This document shows positions 1-7,479 of a stretch of DNA of 64,000 nt, piece after piece. How positions within the stretch are numbered: position 1 is the stretch's first letter; the number at the start of each line of letters is the position of its first letter. The stretch is taken from assembly GCA_964591085.1 (NCBI GenBank), contig CAZPXH010000006.1, positions 12,873 through 76,872 of the forward strand. Direction: 5' to 3'. The translations under genes and the position numbers were made by a program. Below the pieces are notes generated by a model that worked only from the letters and a program-made list of their open reading frames with translations, did no database searches and was not told where the DNA came from. This DNA is from an uncultured Spirochaetaceae bacterium. Its GTDB lineage: Bacteria; Spirochaetota; Spirochaetia; DSM-27196; CAZPXH01.

Positions 1-179
1 AGGCCTGCCTTTCGTCCGCGGAAGCGCCCCCGCCCAAGCCACACGGCCAGCGGAAGGGCAATGACGGTTCCAATGATTGTTGAGATCAGTGAGAAGGCGA
101 TAGAGCGGCCAGCGATCCCGTAGAGCTCGGGATCGCCGGCAACCATGATTGCTATCGCCCGCCCGAGGGCTGTGTCCAC
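1..179 (-). CDS. ABC transporter permease, N-terminal fragment (TupB-like, tungstate/molybdate type); runs off the window
   Basis: My own minus-strand translation from GTG at 179 gives VDTALGRAIAIMVAGDPELYGIAGRSIAFSLISTIIGTVIALPLAVWLGRGRFRGRKAG. It contains a hydrophobic TM segment and stays open to position 1. It begins 9 nt after the stop of the binding-protein gene. Confidence 0.5.
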   Translation of the reverse strand, partial: MDTALGRAIAIMVAGDPELYGIAGRSIAFSLISTIIGTVIALPLAVWLGRGRFRGRKAG

Positions 180-188
180 GGCGCGCTC

Positions 189-1097
189 CTATCGTGTGGC
201 TGGCACAAAGAGCTGTGCGCCTTCCACCAGGAACCCACCAATGAGCCGCTGTCCCTCCGGTGACGTGAGGAAGGTGATCAGCGCCATAGCGCCACCGTAA
301 TTGGTGTCCGGTTGTGTCTCCGGGTCAATGGCGATGATTCCGTAGGGGTTGAGCAGACTGAGATCTCCCTCAAACACTACCTCCAGATCAATTTCACCGC
401 CGAACGCCAGATAGGTACCACGGTCAGACAGGGTGTAGCCCAGCTGCTCGTCCGCGATCCCGATGATCGCGCCCATTCCCTGGCCCACTTCCTGGTACCA
501 GGCTCCATTCGGCTCAATGCCTGCCAGAGTCCAGATTGCCCGTTCCCGAACGAAGGTCCCGGAGTTGTCACCGCGACTGATGAAGGGAGACTGTGCGCCG
601 GCAATCAGCTCAAAGGCATCGGCTGCGGTCTGCGCCTGCCGGACACCCGCGGGATCGCTTGGCGGACCAAGGACCAAAAAATCGTTGTACATCACATCCC
701 GCCGGTTGATGCCGAACCCCGCCTCAACAAACTCGTCCTCAAGGCTCCGGGCATGGACCATGACCACATCCGCATCCCCGTTGCGTCCGAGCTCCAGAGC
801 CGCGCCTGTACCAACCGCAACAACATCCACAGCAATCCCGTAGCGCTCGGTGAAGATGGGCATTAGGTAGCCCAGGAGCCCGGTATTGTCCGTGCTGGTT
901 GTGGTTGCCAGGCGGAGGGGCTGTGAGCTTGCCTCCGTAAAGGCAGGCGGCAGAGCACTCGGCTCTTCGGCTGCGCCGGCGGCAAAGAGCGCTGAGGGAA
1001 CCAGAAGTGACACCATCACTGTGCGGATAAGCAGCCGCAAGACTCGGCCACATCCGCTTCCCCCGCCGGGAAAGAAACAGAAGAGAGATGCTTGCAT
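189..1097 (-). CDS. tupA: Tungstate ABC transporter substrate-binding protein (TupA-like, PBP type 2)
   Basis: 302-aa ORF with a signal-like N-terminus (VSLLVPSALFAAGAAEE). The TTSTDNTGLLGYL...VAVGTGAALELGRNGDADVVMVHA pattern is typical of TupA-type binders. It is adjacent to a W-enzyme gene. The exact start is uncertain (1097 or the internal Met at 1016). Confidence 0.75.
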   Translation of the reverse strand: MQASLFCFFPGGGSGCGRVLRLLIRTVMVSLLVPSALFAAGAAEEPSALPPAFTEASSQPLRLATTTSTDNTGLLGYLMPIFTERYGIAVDVVAVGTGAALELGRNGDADVVMVHARSLEDEFVEAGFGINRRDVMYNDFLVLGPPSDPAGVRQAQTAADAFELIAGAQSPFISRGDNSGTFVRERAIWTLAGIEPNGAWYQEVGQGMGAIIGIADEQLGYTLSDRGTYLAFGGEIDLEVVFEGDLSLLNPYGIIAIDPETQPDTNYGGAMALITFLTSPEGQRLIGGFLVEGAQLFVPATR

Positions 1098-1185
1098 GGA
1101 ACCATGATACGTCCACTTCGACTATCCGTAAACAAACCCGGATAGGTGTACGCCTCAGATAAAACGCTTTACAGATATTGTCGCT

Positions 1186-1305
1186 CGGCATACCATGGGC
1201 CAATCCCTCTGAGCTGCCGCGCCTACCGGCTGAACCGGCCTATGGCGAGCAGCCGCTGGGTATCGCGGGAAACTGCGGTGCCTCCCGTACTTGGAAAAGA
1301 GGAGA
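1186..1305 (+). promoter_or_regulatory. Candidate molybdenum/tungsten cofactor (Moco/Tuco, moaA-motif) riboswitch in the aor leader
   Basis: CCCUCUGAGC at 1205-1213. A bulged stem pairs GCUGC (1213-1217) with GCAGC (1249-1253) and encloses the hairpin CCGG-CUGAA-CCGG (1226-1238). A GNRA hairpin CGCGG-GAAA-CUGCG lies at 1264-1277. The 3' segment GUGCCUCCCGUACUUGGAAAAGAGG (1278-1302) closely resembles my recollection of the E. coli moaA leader (GCCUCCCGUAUCUGGAAAGG). It sits upstream of a cofactor-dependent enzyme gene. Confidence 0.6.
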
Positions 1306-1338
1306 ACACTCAGCGCAGATGCGCACAGGAGGCAAAGG

Positions 1339-3144
1339 ATGTCCTTCATGGGCAAGATCCTCCGGGTGAACCTCACCACGGGGAACATTGCTACCGAACC
1401 CTTCCCGGCAGAGCTGGCGAAGGACTACGTAGGCGGACGCGGGCTTGCAACGCGGATTCTCACCAATGAGATTTCAGCGGACTGTGACCCGCTCGGACCG
1501 GACAACAAGCTGATTTTTGCAACCGGCCCGCTCACCAACACCATAGCGCCCACCGGCGGCCGCTACATGGTGGTCACCAAAGGCCCGCTCACAAACACCG
1601 TTGCGTCCAGCAACTCCGGCGGTCAGTTCGGGGCCTACCTGAAGAAGGCTGGCTGGGACCTGATCATCTTTGAGGGTGTGTCCCCCAAGCCGGTGTACCT
1701 GCGGATTGAGAACGACAAGGTGGAGCTCAAGGACGCAGAACACGTGTGGGGCAAGAGGGTGGATGAGACCACTCACGCCCTGATTGACGAGTTTGGCAAC
1801 AAGAACGCCAAGGTCAGCTGCATAGGACCTGCCGGCGAAAACCTGGTGCTCTTTGCGTCTATCATGAACGAGATCCATCGCGCCGCCGGACGGACCGGCG
1901 TTGGTGCAGTCATGGGGAGCAAGAAGCTGAAGGCAGTTGTGGCCTTTGGTGATCAGGCATCGCCTATTGCCGATGAAGCCGCCTTCAAGGCCGCCAACAA
2001 GGACAAGCGGGTCAAGCTGAAGGAAAATGGGGTCACCGGTGAAGGTCTCCCTGCTCTCGGTACCAAGGTTCTGGACAACATCATCAACTCCAGCGGCATG
2101 TATCCCACCCGGAACTTCCGCGAGGTGATGTTCAAGGGAGTGGACAAAATGAGCGGAGAGGCCCTGGTTGAGAAGGGCTATCTCAAGCGCAACACCGGTT
2201 GCTACATGTGCCCCATCCAGTGTGCACGTGACGTGGAACTGCCCAATGGACGCAAGGGTGAAGGCCCCGAGTACGAGACCGGCTGGGCCTTTGGTCCGAT
2301 GCTGGACATTGACGACCTGAACGTCATTTCAGACGCCAACTTCCTGTGCAACGAGCTTGGCATGGACACCATCTCCTGCGGCGTGACAATCGCCTGTGCC
2401 ATGGACCTCTTTGAGGATGGCCACATTCCTCCGGATGACCTGGGCAAGGCACCGCCGCTGAAGTTCGGCTCCAGTGAAGCGCTGATGTACTACATGCGTC
2501 AGATCGCCTACCGGGAAGGTTTCGGTGACAAGCTGGCAATGGGTTCAGCCCGCCTGGCAAAGGCATACGGCCACGCCGAGTATTCCATGACCGTAAAGGG
2601 TCAGGAGCTGGCTGCCTACGATCCGCGCGGTGTCCAGGGCCACTCTCTTGCCTACGCAACGGGCAACCGCGGCGCAGATCACGTCCGCTGCTACATGATC
2701 AGCGACGAGATCATCGGAATGCCGGAGAAGCTGGATCCCCAGGAGATTGACGGGAAGCCGGAGAAGGTCAAATGGCGGCAGGACTACACCGCGGTCATTG
2801 ACTCAGCGGGTCTCTGCCTGTTCACCAGCTTTGCCCTGTCCATGCAGGACTACGCTGACCTGATCAACGGGGCCACCGGCTGGAACTACAGCGCGGACGA
2901 GTACCTGAAGATTGGTGAGCGAATCTGGAACATGGAGCGCGTCTTCAACCTGGAAAGCGGAATCACCGGCAAAGACGACACCCTGCCGGTGCGTGTCATG
3001 ACCGAAGTTCCCACCGAAGGTCCGAACAAAGGCAAGCTGCCCCGGATTGCGGAGATGCTGCCAATCTACTACAAGAACCGCGGTTGGAGTGAAGATGGCG
3101 TTCCCAGCGAGACCAAGCTCACCGAGCTCGGCCTGAAGAAGTAG
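1339..3144 (+). CDS. aor: Aldehyde:ferredoxin oxidoreductase, tungstopterin-dependent (AOR family)
   Basis: The N-terminus MSFMGKILRVNLTTG is typical of AOR, and the 4Fe-4S motif CYMCPIQC is present. The SD AGGAGGC (1327-1333) precedes ATG 1339. The ORF-track start at 1291 is a TTG lying inside the leader RNA. Confidence 0.93.
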   Translation: MSFMGKILRVNLTTGNIATEPFPAELAKDYVGGRGLATRILTNEISADCDPLGPDNKLIFATGPLTNTIAPTGGRYMVVTKGPLTNTVASSNSGGQFGAYLKKAGWDLIIFEGVSPKPVYLRIENDKVELKDAEHVWGKRVDETTHALIDEFGNKNAKVSCIGPAGENLVLFASIMNEIHRAAGRTGVGAVMGSKKLKAVVAFGDQASPIADEAAFKAANKDKRVKLKENGVTGEGLPALGTKVLDNIINSSGMYPTRNFREVMFKGVDKMSGEALVEKGYLKRNTGCYMCPIQCARDVELPNGRKGEGPEYETGWAFGPMLDIDDLNVISDANFLCNELGMDTISCGVTIACAMDLFEDGHIPPDDLGKAPPLKFGSSEALMYYMRQIAYREGFGDKLAMGSARLAKAYGHAEYSMTVKGQELAAYDPRGVQGHSLAYATGNRGADHVRCYMISDEIIGMPEKLDPQEIDGKPEKVKWRQDYTAVIDSAGLCLFTSFALSMQDYADLINGATGWNYSADEYLKIGERIWNMERVFNLESGITGKDDTLPVRVMTEVPTEGPNKGKLPRIAEMLPIYYKNRGWSEDGVPSETKLTELGLKK

Positions 3145-3181
3145 GAGGCGCGCTACACTACACGGTATTCGATGCTTGCAT

Positions 3182-3217
3182 GGGACCGGGGCTCAGTGCC
3201 CCGGTCCCTTTTTTTTT
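3182..3217 (+). terminator. Rho-independent terminator after aor
   Basis: Perfect 11-bp GC-rich stem, GGGACCGGGGC (3182-3192) with GCCCCGGTCCC (3198-3208). The loop is 5 nt and a run of 9 T follows (3209-3217). Confidence 0.88.
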
Positions 3218-3238
3218 GATGTGCGTTACACTCCGCCC

Positions 3239-3541
3239 ATGAGCAGTAGCGCCACACAGACAATTGAACTGGACATTCGCTTCTTTGCCACGCTGCGGCT
3301 GAAGCTCTCGTCCCGCGGCGTTGCCTACGGGGGTCCCCCGCTGACAGTAGGCGAACTGCTGGACTGGCTGGACGAGAACGTGGACGAGCACATCAGCGGA
3401 GAGCTGGTGGAGGCGGATCGCAGTATCCGGATCGGAACGATGATGCTGGTCAACGGCTTCAACGTGTTTCACTCCGGTGGCCTGGGCACGCTGCTGGAAG
3501 GCGGACGCGTGGATCTCTGGCCGCCCGCAGCCGGAGGTTGA
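3239..3541 (+). CDS. MoaD/ThiS-family ubiquitin-like (beta-grasp) sulfur-carrier protein, C-terminal GG
   Basis: 100 aa ending ...DLWPPAAGG immediately before the stop, with MoaD-like size and pattern. Its stop overlaps the start of the E1-like gene (TGATG). Confidence 0.72.
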   Translation: MSSSATQTIELDIRFFATLRLKLSSRGVAYGGPPLTVGELLDWLDENVDEHISGELVEADRSIRIGTMMLVNGFNVFHSGGLGTLLEGGRVDLWPPAAGG

Positions 3542-4296
3542 TGATGGCCGGCCCGGGGAGGTATGCGAGGCACCGCGAACTGTTCAGCGAGGCGAGCTGG
3601 GAACGCCTGTGCTCAACTCGCTTTGAGCTGGCCGGTGTGGGCGGGCTCGGGTCCACGGTGGCTACCCTGCTCGCTCGGTTGGGCCCGGTCCACCTGGAGC
3701 TGTGGGACCCCGGCGTGCTGGATGAGCCGGACCTGAATCGCCAGCTCCTCTATCGCCCTTCAGATCTGGGCAGACCCAAGGTTGAGGCGGCAGAAGAAGC
3801 CATTGCAGCCATGAACCCGGAAGTTCGGGTGATCGTCCACAAACAGGCCATCTCCGCGGAAACGTGGCAGGCCGTCCACCAGCTTCAGGACGACACCGGA
3901 ATAGACCGCGTGCTGATTGACTGCCTGGATTCCTTTGCCGCCCGTGCGGAGCTGGACCAGATTCAGGCGCTGGACTCCGTGCCGCTGATTCATGCCGGGG
4001 TTGAGCGCTGGTACGGCCAGGTCTGCACCCTCATTCCGGGTGAACGAAGCCTCCGGGACCTTTACGGGGACCAGCTGTCCAAGCTCCCAAAGGCCGAGAA
4101 ACCCATCCTCCCGTCTGTGGTTACCACGCTGGCAAGCCTGCAGGTCACTGAGATCGTTCACTGGTGCGAGGCCGGCCATCCGCCCCACGCGGATTCCCTG
4201 CTGATCTATGACGGAACCCTCAGCACCTTTGACGAGATCAGCCTGGGAGACCCCCACGGCGGTGGCGAAGCCCGCCGGAGCCCGAGAGGATCATGA
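3541..4296 (+). CDS. ThiF/MoeB/HesA-family E1-like adenylyltransferase
   Basis: Nucleotide-binding motif GVGGLGSTVATLLARLG, followed by DEPDLNRQLLY. About 250 aa with no rhodanese domain and no obvious CxxC zinc pairs. The start could be TTG 3538, ATG 3541 or ATG 3544. Confidence 0.85.
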   Translation: MMAGPGRYARHRELFSEASWERLCSTRFELAGVGGLGSTVATLLARLGPVHLELWDPGVLDEPDLNRQLLYRPSDLGRPKVEAAEEAIAAMNPEVRVIVHKQAISAETWQAVHQLQDDTGIDRVLIDCLDSFAARAELDQIQALDSVPLIHAGVERWYGQVCTLIPGERSLRDLYGDQLSKLPKAEKPILPSVVTTLASLQVTEIVHWCEAGHPPHADSLLIYDGTLSTFDEISLGDPHGGGEARRSPRGS

Positions 4297-4547
4297 GCCG
4301 GGTTCGGGTGCGCCTGTTCGCGGGGCTTGCGGAGCAGGCGGGAATCTCAGAGACAGAGTTGACCTTGCCGGACGGCCTGGTTGCAGAGGACTTGCGGAAG
4401 CAGATAGCAGCGGCCTTTCCGGACATCGGCGGGCTACCGATACGCATTGCCGTGGACGGCGTGCTCCTGCAGGGGGACGAGCGCGGCACACAGAATCTAA
4501 ATGACGGGAGCGAAGTTGTGGTGTTTCCGCCATTCGGAGGCGGCTGA
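4293..4547 (+). CDS. moaD: Molybdopterin synthase sulfur-carrier subunit MoaD
   Basis: 84 aa, MSRVRVRLFAGLAEQAG...VVVFPPFGGG, with a terminal GG. ATGA overlap with the upstream gene. Confidence 0.85.
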   Translation: MSRVRVRLFAGLAEQAGISETELTLPDGLVAEDLRKQIAAAFPDIGGLPIRIAVDGVLLQGDERGTQNLNDGSEVVVFPPFGGG

Positions 4548-4549
4548 GC

Positions 4550-5038
4550 ATGGCGCCGGAAATCCAGATTCAGTTTGTGGACGGACCGGTACCGGATTCG
4601 CTTGTAAGCACGGCGCGCGCCGAGATCGCCGGGAGAAGCGAGATTGGCGCCCAGATGCAGTTCATCGGGCAGGTGCGCGCGGACAGATCGCCGTCTGCCG
4701 GCGCTGAATCAGTGCCGGAAGAGGCGGCCGCGGAGGCAAGCGCGGTAGTAGCAATTGAGTTCACGGCACACCTGGAGCTGGCGAGGTCCGGCCTGGAGGC
4801 CCTGTGCAAGCGGATTGCTGAGCAGACCGGACCTGATGTCCATCTCATTCGGGTGTGGCATTCGCTGGGCCGGGTATCCGTGGGTGAGGCGCCCATTGCC
4901 ATCATCGTCGGGTCCGGCCATCGCAAGGCCGGGTTCGCCTGCTGTTCGGCAATTCTGGAAGCACTGAAAGCAGAGGTCCCCATATTCGGCCGCGAGATCC
5001 GGAAAGATGGCTCTGCGGTCTGGAAGACCACGACCTAG
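4550..5038 (+). CDS. moaE: Molybdopterin synthase catalytic subunit MoaE
   Basis: 162 aa with MoaE-like segments (MQFIGQVRAD, IAIIVGSGHRKAGFACC..LKAEVPIFGREI). Starts 2 nt after the moaD stop. Confidence 0.88.
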   Translation: MAPEIQIQFVDGPVPDSLVSTARAEIAGRSEIGAQMQFIGQVRADRSPSAGAESVPEEAAAEASAVVAIEFTAHLELARSGLEALCKRIAEQTGPDVHLIRVWHSLGRVSVGEAPIAIIVGSGHRKAGFACCSAILEALKAEVPIFGREIRKDGSAVWKTTT

Positions 5039-5055
5039 GCTGCGAGACTGTAGGT

Positions 5056-6237
5056 GTGACGCAGCAGCGGCCAGACCCCTCCGAGACAACTGGCATCCCG
5101 GGGCCAGGTGAATCGCCCGGGCACATCTCCCAGGATATTCAATCTCCTGACTCGCAGGAGTCCGTGTGTGTCCTGGTGGTGGACGATGAACCCCTGGTCA
5201 GGCTGAACACCCGGGTACTTCTGCAGCAATCGGGGTACCGCGTGGAGGAAGCCCCGTCCGGGGAAGCTGCCATTGCGGCGGTAGAGTCCGGCCTGCAACC
5301 GGACTCCGTGCTGATGGACCTGGACTTTGGTTCCGAGCGAATGGATGGGGTTGCCGCCGCCGCGGCGATCCGGGAGCTTCGGGACGTTCCGGTGGTGTTC
5401 TTCAGCGCTCACACCACCAGGGACCGGATCCCCAGGGCCCGGGAAAGCAGAGCCTACGGGTATGTTCTGAAGGCACAGGGCCACGAGCACTACCTGGTAG
5501 AAACCATTGACATGGCGGTGAGGCTGCACCAGGCAGAACGGGAGCGTGCCCGCGCGGAAGAACGTCTGGTGCACCAGATCAAGCGCCTCAACCACCGGAT
5601 TCGCAATGCCCTGAGCATTGTGAGCTCACTCATTCGGATCCGTGTGCGCAGAGACGGCAACGACTCCTGCCTTGCCGATGTGCTGGGACAGCTCTCCGCG
5701 GTGGCGGTACTCCACGGCAGCATCACCTACCGGGAGGACGGCGAGCAGGTTGACCTTGGAGACTTCCTGCCGGAAGTGACGCGGCAACTCGCGGCACAGC
5801 ACCGCGGGGAGGCGCTGAGCTGCACGGCAGACCCGCTGGTTGTTGATGCGCGCAATGCAATGCCGCTGGCACTCATTGTGGTGGAGGCACTGGCCAACGC
5901 CATACACCACGGTGCAGGCGGGCGGACGGACCCTTCCCCTGGCATCACCAACGGACCTTCGATTTCTGTCTCCATCACCGGGCGGATGACGGCGGACCGA
6001 TACCGGATTACCATCAGCAACACCGGACAGGAGATCCCGCCGGCGGTGCAGCCGGATCGCGAACGCGCGCTGGGTCTGTGGTTGATGCAGTCCATGGCCG
6101 AACAGATTGGTGGCAGCTTCCAGCTGATCCGAGAGGGCGAGCCGGGCGTGGTGGTGGAAATTCCCCTTGCGGGCTCGTCCCGATTGGGGCATACAGGGCA
6201 GGGTGATGCGGGAATACCGAACGATTCTGATCATTGA
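5056..6237 (+). CDS. Response-regulator receiver fused to a HisKA_2/HWE-type histidine kinase
   Basis: REC domain (VLVVDDEPLVRLN...D in LMDLDFG). H-box HRIRNALSIVSSLIRI. HATPase N/G boxes (VVEALANAIHHG, ISNTGQEI, GLGLWLMQSM). No TM or sensor domain. GTG start. Confidence 0.8.
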   Translation: MTQQRPDPSETTGIPGPGESPGHISQDIQSPDSQESVCVLVVDDEPLVRLNTRVLLQQSGYRVEEAPSGEAAIAAVESGLQPDSVLMDLDFGSERMDGVAAAAAIRELRDVPVVFFSAHTTRDRIPRARESRAYGYVLKAQGHEHYLVETIDMAVRLHQAERERARAEERLVHQIKRLNHRIRNALSIVSSLIRIRVRRDGNDSCLADVLGQLSAVAVLHGSITYREDGEQVDLGDFLPEVTRQLAAQHRGEALSCTADPLVVDARNAMPLALIVVEALANAIHHGAGGRTDPSPGITNGPSISVSITGRMTADRYRITISNTGQEIPPAVQPDRERALGLWLMQSMAEQIGGSFQLIREGEPGVVVEIPLAGSSRLGHTGQGDAGIPNDSDH

Positions 6238-7084
6238 AGACGATGAGGCCGACGCGCAGCTTATCGCGCGGATGCTGGAACAGTCGGGCGAATGGCATGC
6301 GCCCTCCCTGATCCGCTCCCGGCTCTCCGAGGCGGAGCTGGCTGCTGACGAGGAGGAGATTGGGGTTGTCATAGCGGACCTGGCCCTGCCCGACTCCAAG
6401 GGTGTAGACACCGCAACAGCGCTGGTCCAGGCATTCCCGCGTATTCCGGTGGTAATTCTCACCGGCAGTCTGGATGAACCTGAGTTGACCGGCCGAATTC
6501 TGCGCATGGGAGTCCAGGACTACCTGGTAAAAGGCGAGTTTGATGCTCGCCTGCTTGGACGTGTGGTTCGGCACTCGGTGGAGCGCGCCAAGCTCCTGAA
6601 TGCTATCCGGGATGAGGCGGTCCGGGATCCCCTGACAGGCCTGTACAACCGACGGGGACTGGAACTCTTTGCGCACAAGGGCCTGACCCTGGCGTTTCGA
6701 GAAGGCCTGTCCGCTGCGGTGCTCTACGGCGATATCAACAACCTCAAGCGTGTGAATGACGAACTTGGACACGCCGCGGGAGACCGCCACATTCAGGCAG
6801 TGGGACGGGCACTGGAGCGGAGCTTCCGCAAGGGGGACCTGGTTTCCCGAATTGGCGGGGACGAGTTTGTGACCGTGCTCTTCATGCGGGATCCGTGGAC
6901 CCTCCAGGAGATACAGGACCGGGTGGATGAGCAGCTGGAAGTGACCGCGCGAAATCTGCCACAAGTCCCGAGCATTTCACTGGGGATGGTCCCGATTGAG
7001 GGCGGTGCGTTTGACGTGGACCGCTACCTGGAGCTGGCCGACGAACTGATGTATCGCCGGAAGGCAGAGCGCCGCGGTGAGTGA
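6206..7084 (+). CDS. Response-regulator receiver-GGDEF diguanylate cyclase
   Basis: REC (ILIIEDDEADAQL, DLALPD) followed by DPLTGLYNRRG...RIGGDEF. An RKGD I-site lies 5 residues upstream of GGDEF. Overlaps the preceding kinase gene by 32 nt. Confidence 0.88.
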   Translation: MREYRTILIIEDDEADAQLIARMLEQSGEWHAPSLIRSRLSEAELAADEEEIGVVIADLALPDSKGVDTATALVQAFPRIPVVILTGSLDEPELTGRILRMGVQDYLVKGEFDARLLGRVVRHSVERAKLLNAIRDEAVRDPLTGLYNRRGLELFAHKGLTLAFREGLSAAVLYGDINNLKRVNDELGHAAGDRHIQAVGRALERSFRKGDLVSRIGGDEFVTVLFMRDPWTLQEIQDRVDEQLEVTARNLPQVPSISLGMVPIEGGAFDVDRYLELADELMYRRKAERRGE

Positions 7085-7445
7085 AAGACCCCTGGACCCG
7101 GGGGCAAAAGGCAGATTTCTGTTTCCGCGCAAGTCCTACTTTGGCGAGCCGGAGATGGAGAACATCGTCTTTGACGCAAACCTGCAGGAGTTTGCCCAGC
7201 GCATCGGCTACATCTGTTCTCTTGAGAACGGGGGCAAGATCAGCCCGTCCGAGGCCTATGACCACATCAAGGAACTCTACAAGCGACTGCGGGACTCCAA
7301 GCGAAACCTTGGCATAGGTCGCAGTGGCGAAAAGCACGGCGCCGAGCCATTCGCCGATAGTGGCACCGGCAACGATCAGGACCGAGAAGAGGACGCCGAT
7401 CCCGGCGCAGAAGACTCAACGGAACACCCAACTGACCAGTCCTGA
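7077..7445 (+). CDS. Small protein of unknown function with an acidic C-terminal tail
   Basis: 122-aa ORF. The GTG start forms a GTGAGTGA overlap with the GGDEF gene stop. Ordered N-terminal half (FLFPRKSYFGEPEMENIVFDANLQEFAQRIGYICSLENGGKISPSEAY). Alternative start at ATG 7155. Confidence 0.5.
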   Translation: MSERPLDPGAKGRFLFPRKSYFGEPEMENIVFDANLQEFAQRIGYICSLENGGKISPSEAYDHIKELYKRLRDSKRNLGIGRSGEKHGAEPFADSGTGNDQDREEDADPGAEDSTEHPTDQS

Positions 7446-7479
7446 AGACCGCGTCTGGCGGCGGAAGACACTCTCCCGG

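Noticed and set aside
1291-1338. ORF-track start (TTG at 1291, MEKRRTLSADAHRRQR...) that extends aor by 16 codons
   Set aside because: The extension lies inside the conserved 3' part of the candidate riboswitch. A good SD (AGGAGGC) precedes ATG 1339, and AOR proteins typically begin close to the GKILRVNLTTG motif.
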